Sequence record: MG676466.1
Source of the DNA: Pseudomonas phage TC6
Length of the DNA: 49,796 nucleotides
Strand: one strand, 5' to 3'
In this document: piece by piece, positions 47,453-49,796 of the stretch
How positions within the stretch are numbered: the stretch's first letter is position 1
Layout: each line of letters begins with the position of its first letter
The notes under the pieces: model-generated
What the model was told of the DNA's origin: nothing
Databases searched by the model: none
The model's input: only the letters and a program-made list of their open reading frames with translations
Made by a program: the position numbers and the translations under genes

Positions 47453-47725
47453 TCAGTTGGTTTTTGCTTTGAGTGCTCGATTGATTTTGGTAGCTTTTAC
47501 GCCGCTACCCTTTGCCAGTCGCTTACCCTTTGGGTTCCAGAAGTCATTAAGGTTAGTACGACTGCCACGATATACAACATCGTTCATAGCTTTACGTGCC
47601 TTGCGTGCTTCAGGGGTGCGCTCAGCATTTAGTGCGTCAATCTTATCTTCACGCCGTGCAATCTTAGCTTTGTTGCTCATTCTAGTGTCAGGTTGACGCT
47701 TGTGATTCTTAGCTTGGAAGGCCAT
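47453..47725 (-). CDS. small basic protein
   Basis: Start refined to MAFQAKNHKRQPD with a perfect RBS (AGGAGGAACTAAT). Lys/Arg-rich. Confidence 0.45.
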   Translation of the reverse strand: MAFQAKNHKRQPDTRMSNKAKIARREDKIDALNAERTPEARKARKAMNDVVYRGSRTNLNDFWNPKGKRLAKGSGVKATKINRALKAKTN

Positions 47726-48307
47726 ATTAGTTCCTCCTAGGTTTAGGTTGAACGTTCTGCTCTGCACTATACGCTTTATCAGTGCGCTGCATTGGTAATA
47801 CAGAACGTTCACCTAAGTCTAAAAAGACTTTGCCCTTCGCGGGACTTCGTAGGGGTGCACCCTGCACACTGCTACGGCTTACACTTCTTAGCGTTCGCGT
47901 TTGTCAGACGCTACTAACTCTCCCCGTGCTATGGCTGCAAGCTACAGCCCGTCTCTAACTATCCTAGAGCCCGATACGGATGCCTGTATAGTAGGCATTA
48001 CTGGCGTGTTCTACAAACCTTCCACGCTTTGTACCGTCCGCTTTCATGCGCTCACCTTGAGGCCGAAGCCAGCTAGCGCTTTACTTACTTAGGCCGCCCC
48101 CTGTCGGGACGTACTGTTTGAGCTTTGTAAGCCTCCAGGCCCGTTTGCCTTTGTTGGGAGCCATATTACCACTTTCTGTCGCTTTGTCAAGCCCTAAAAT
48201 TTTCTTAGGGAATCTCAAGCCGGCCAGCATCGCATTTCCCGTTATCGACGCCTGAGTGGTTAGGCTATGTAGACCAGTAGACATTAGTAGACACTCTTTC
48301 GAGTGCC

Positions 48308-48457
48308 TTACCAAACCTTACCTTTGTTAGTGTCACATGCAATGATGGCTGCCAGTCTGAAAGCAAAAGGCTTGTCCATCTTGCTGATACGTTCCACTTT
48401 TTGAGCTACAGTTTCCTGGCTCTTAAGGGCAAGGTAGGCTTGACGTTCATTACGCAT
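48308..48457 (-). CDS. small hypothetical protein (49 aa, not in ORF track)
   Basis: ORF MRNERQAYLALKSQETVAQKVERISKMDKPFAFRLAAIIACDTNKGKVW with RBS GGGAGAA 5 nt upstream. Flanked by a 21-nt inverted repeat. Coordinates are approximate. Confidence 0.3.
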   Translation of the reverse strand: MRNERQAYLALKSQETVAQKVERISKMDKPFAFRLAAIIACDTNKGKVW

Positions 48458-48552
48458 AGTAGTTCTCCCGTATAAGATGAGGGTCTACTAATGCCTACTG
48501 ATCCACATTGTTAAAGAACATATGTCTAATGTGCTGTAGTGTAGCGTATTTT

Positions 48553-48774
48553 TCAATACGCGACATTCATGCGATAGACTATTGTAGCAGCTACATGGAT
48601 ACTAAGCATGCCTCTTAGAGAACTGTCCACTTGTTGAAAGTGTTCAATCTCTCTTTTAGCTGCCGGACTAGCCTTCAAGATTTCGTTAGCTAGCATACGC
48701 ATACCATTGCTGCAAGCTACCCCAGCCAGGATGATTGCCGGATTGATAGCATAGTCGTTCGGATTGATTCGCAT
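48553..48774 (-). CDS. small hypothetical protein
   Basis: 73 aa ORF with RBS AGGAGG 7 nt upstream. Flanked by inverted 12-nt and direct 13-nt repeats. Confidence 0.4.
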   Translation of the reverse strand: MRINPNDYAINPAIILAGVACSNGMRMLANEILKASPAAKREIEHFQQVDSSLRGMLSIHVAATIVYRMNVAY

Positions 48775-48886
48775 GGTAGTGCCTCCTATGTGGATACACT
48801 ACAGCACACTAAACATATTGTTAAAGAACGGTGGCCTACTTCCCTCGACTCGTAAGGCCTGTCAAGCATTGAACCCTTTCCTTACA

Positions 48887-49093
48887 TCACGCATGCATCC
48901 GCACGGTGATGTAGCCGTTGCTTGCAACTACATGCTCCCAGCAATTGAAGAAGACGGACTGTCCGAACTTCTTCATTGCCGCCTGTCGAACCTTCACCTC
49001 AACGTCCAGAGGTTGTTCACCTGCTTCAGGCAGGGCAAGCCATCGCAGGCTCTTGCCGTCGCTTAGGTGGGAATCGATGTTGAATTGAGCCAT
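48887..49093 (-). CDS. small hypothetical protein
   Basis: Start refined to MAQFNIDSH with RBS AAGGAGA. Confidence 0.4.
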   Translation of the reverse strand: MAQFNIDSHLSDGKSLRWLALPEAGEQPLDVEVKVRQAAMKKFGQSVFFNCWEHVVASNGYITVRMHA

Positions 49094-49796
49094 TTCAGTC
49101 TCCTTACCAGGGTTTACCGGCGTTGATGTATGCACTTACTTGTAACGTCACTCCCCCGTTAGATGCCTGCCGGCCTTACACTAACTGGTTCATGCCCTAG
49201 AACCTATCGTGTCATTCCCCATAATGTCCGTAGACTAGAGAACAAGATTGTCGGCTCCGTTGAAGGTTAGTTACCTTCTGAGAACGCACGTTAGTCTATG
49301 CGCTCTTAGAAGTCAACTGTTATTTGTACACCAGGCACATCACACAATCAGACAGAACCACTACATCTACCTTGTAACCTTCACCTTCTGCGCAGTCTTT
49401 AAGCGCTTGCGCTTCGGCTTTGTTTGCAACAATTGAGATGGTCATTTTTGGTTGCCTTTGTTTGTGTCTACGGCTGCGAACTCTACAGACCTGTATCGAA
49501 GTCTGCTAATTGATTGTAACTATCAATGTGGTGTCGGTGAATAGGACATACCTATAACCCTTACGTGTATAGATGAACGTGTACACGCGTAGCATGATGC
49601 ATGCCAAGTATAGGTGTGCTGTTAGCACGTTTTATAAGCCTATACGCGACGGTAGTCGCACATACACATAAGCACATGTGCTGGCTTGCCAGCGTATAAG
49701 CCTGGACCCCTAGTGCCACCAGGCTTAGAGGCCTATTTGCATGTGAAGAAAAATGTGGTGGACATAGTGGAGGTACATTACACCCCACCTCCTCAT

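Noticed and set aside
48081-48314. 77 aa minus-strand ORF with TTG start
   Set aside because: Its start sits inside the stop region of the better-supported 49 aa gene, there is no RBS, and the composition is odd. Likely spurious.
49561-49788. 75 aa ORF at the right end (GTG start)
   Set aside because: Low-complexity His/Cys/Leu composition, no RBS, and it lies within a repeat-rich noncoding-looking region. Probably not a gene.
1-49796. CRISPR arrays, integrase/attP, lysogeny module
   Set aside because: No regularly spaced direct repeats with unique spacers were seen. There is no tyrosine or serine recombinase-like ORF and no CI/Cro-like pair. The phage looks strictly lytic.

Overview
The window is a near-complete or complete double-stranded DNA bacteriophage genome of about 49.8 kb. 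It appears to be a lytic, RNA-polymerase-less, podovirus-like phage; I found no integrase or repressor. It has two convergent gene modules that meet at a bidirectional terminator near 21.36-21.39 kb.

The plus-strand module (230-21355) encodes virion and lysis functions:
- A split tail spike: a 197-residue adaptor protein plus a pectate-lyase-like beta-helix protein.
- Putative small terminase, large terminase and portal.
- Scaffold, major capsid protein followed by a terminator, and T7 gp11/gp12-like tail tube proteins.
- Internal virion proteins, including a 1554-residue giant protein.
- A GH24 (glycoside hydrolase family 24) endolysin and small membrane proteins (putative holin and spanin).

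The minus-strand module (about 49.1 kb down to 21.4 kb) encodes replication and nucleotide metabolism:
- T7 gp4-like primase/helicase, family A DNA polymerase, FEN-type 5'-3' exonuclease, DnaQ-like exonuclease and a putative ssDNA-binding protein (SSB).
- MazG, class I ribonucleotide reductase alpha and beta subunits, thioredoxin, PhoH and the flavin-dependent thymidylate synthase ThyX.
- A protein with C5-cytosine methyltransferase-like motifs and three HNH endonucleases.

The most notable features are:
- A phage-encoded ECF (extracytoplasmic function)-like sigma factor lying between primase and polymerase.
- A roughly 55 nt conserved element (promoter-like TAATGCAATGG box plus AAAAATTTTT leader) repeated upstream of minus-strand genes.
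- A contiguous cluster of peptide-ligase-type enzymes: ATP-grasp, two GS/GCS2-like amidoligases, an Ntn class II glutamine amidotransferase and a class I GATase/C26-like protein. The family is known only from comparative genomics and its substrate is unknown.
- A roughly 1.5 kb strongly GC-rich island inside otherwise ~45% GC DNA.
- tRNA-like fragments flanking an HNH homing endonuclease gene.
- AT-rich palindromic regions that are candidate origin or promoter elements.
- A roughly 2.3 kb gene-poor right end with nested inverted and direct repeats bracketing small genes.

All coordinates that I derived by hand rather than from the ORF track may be off by a few nucleotides.
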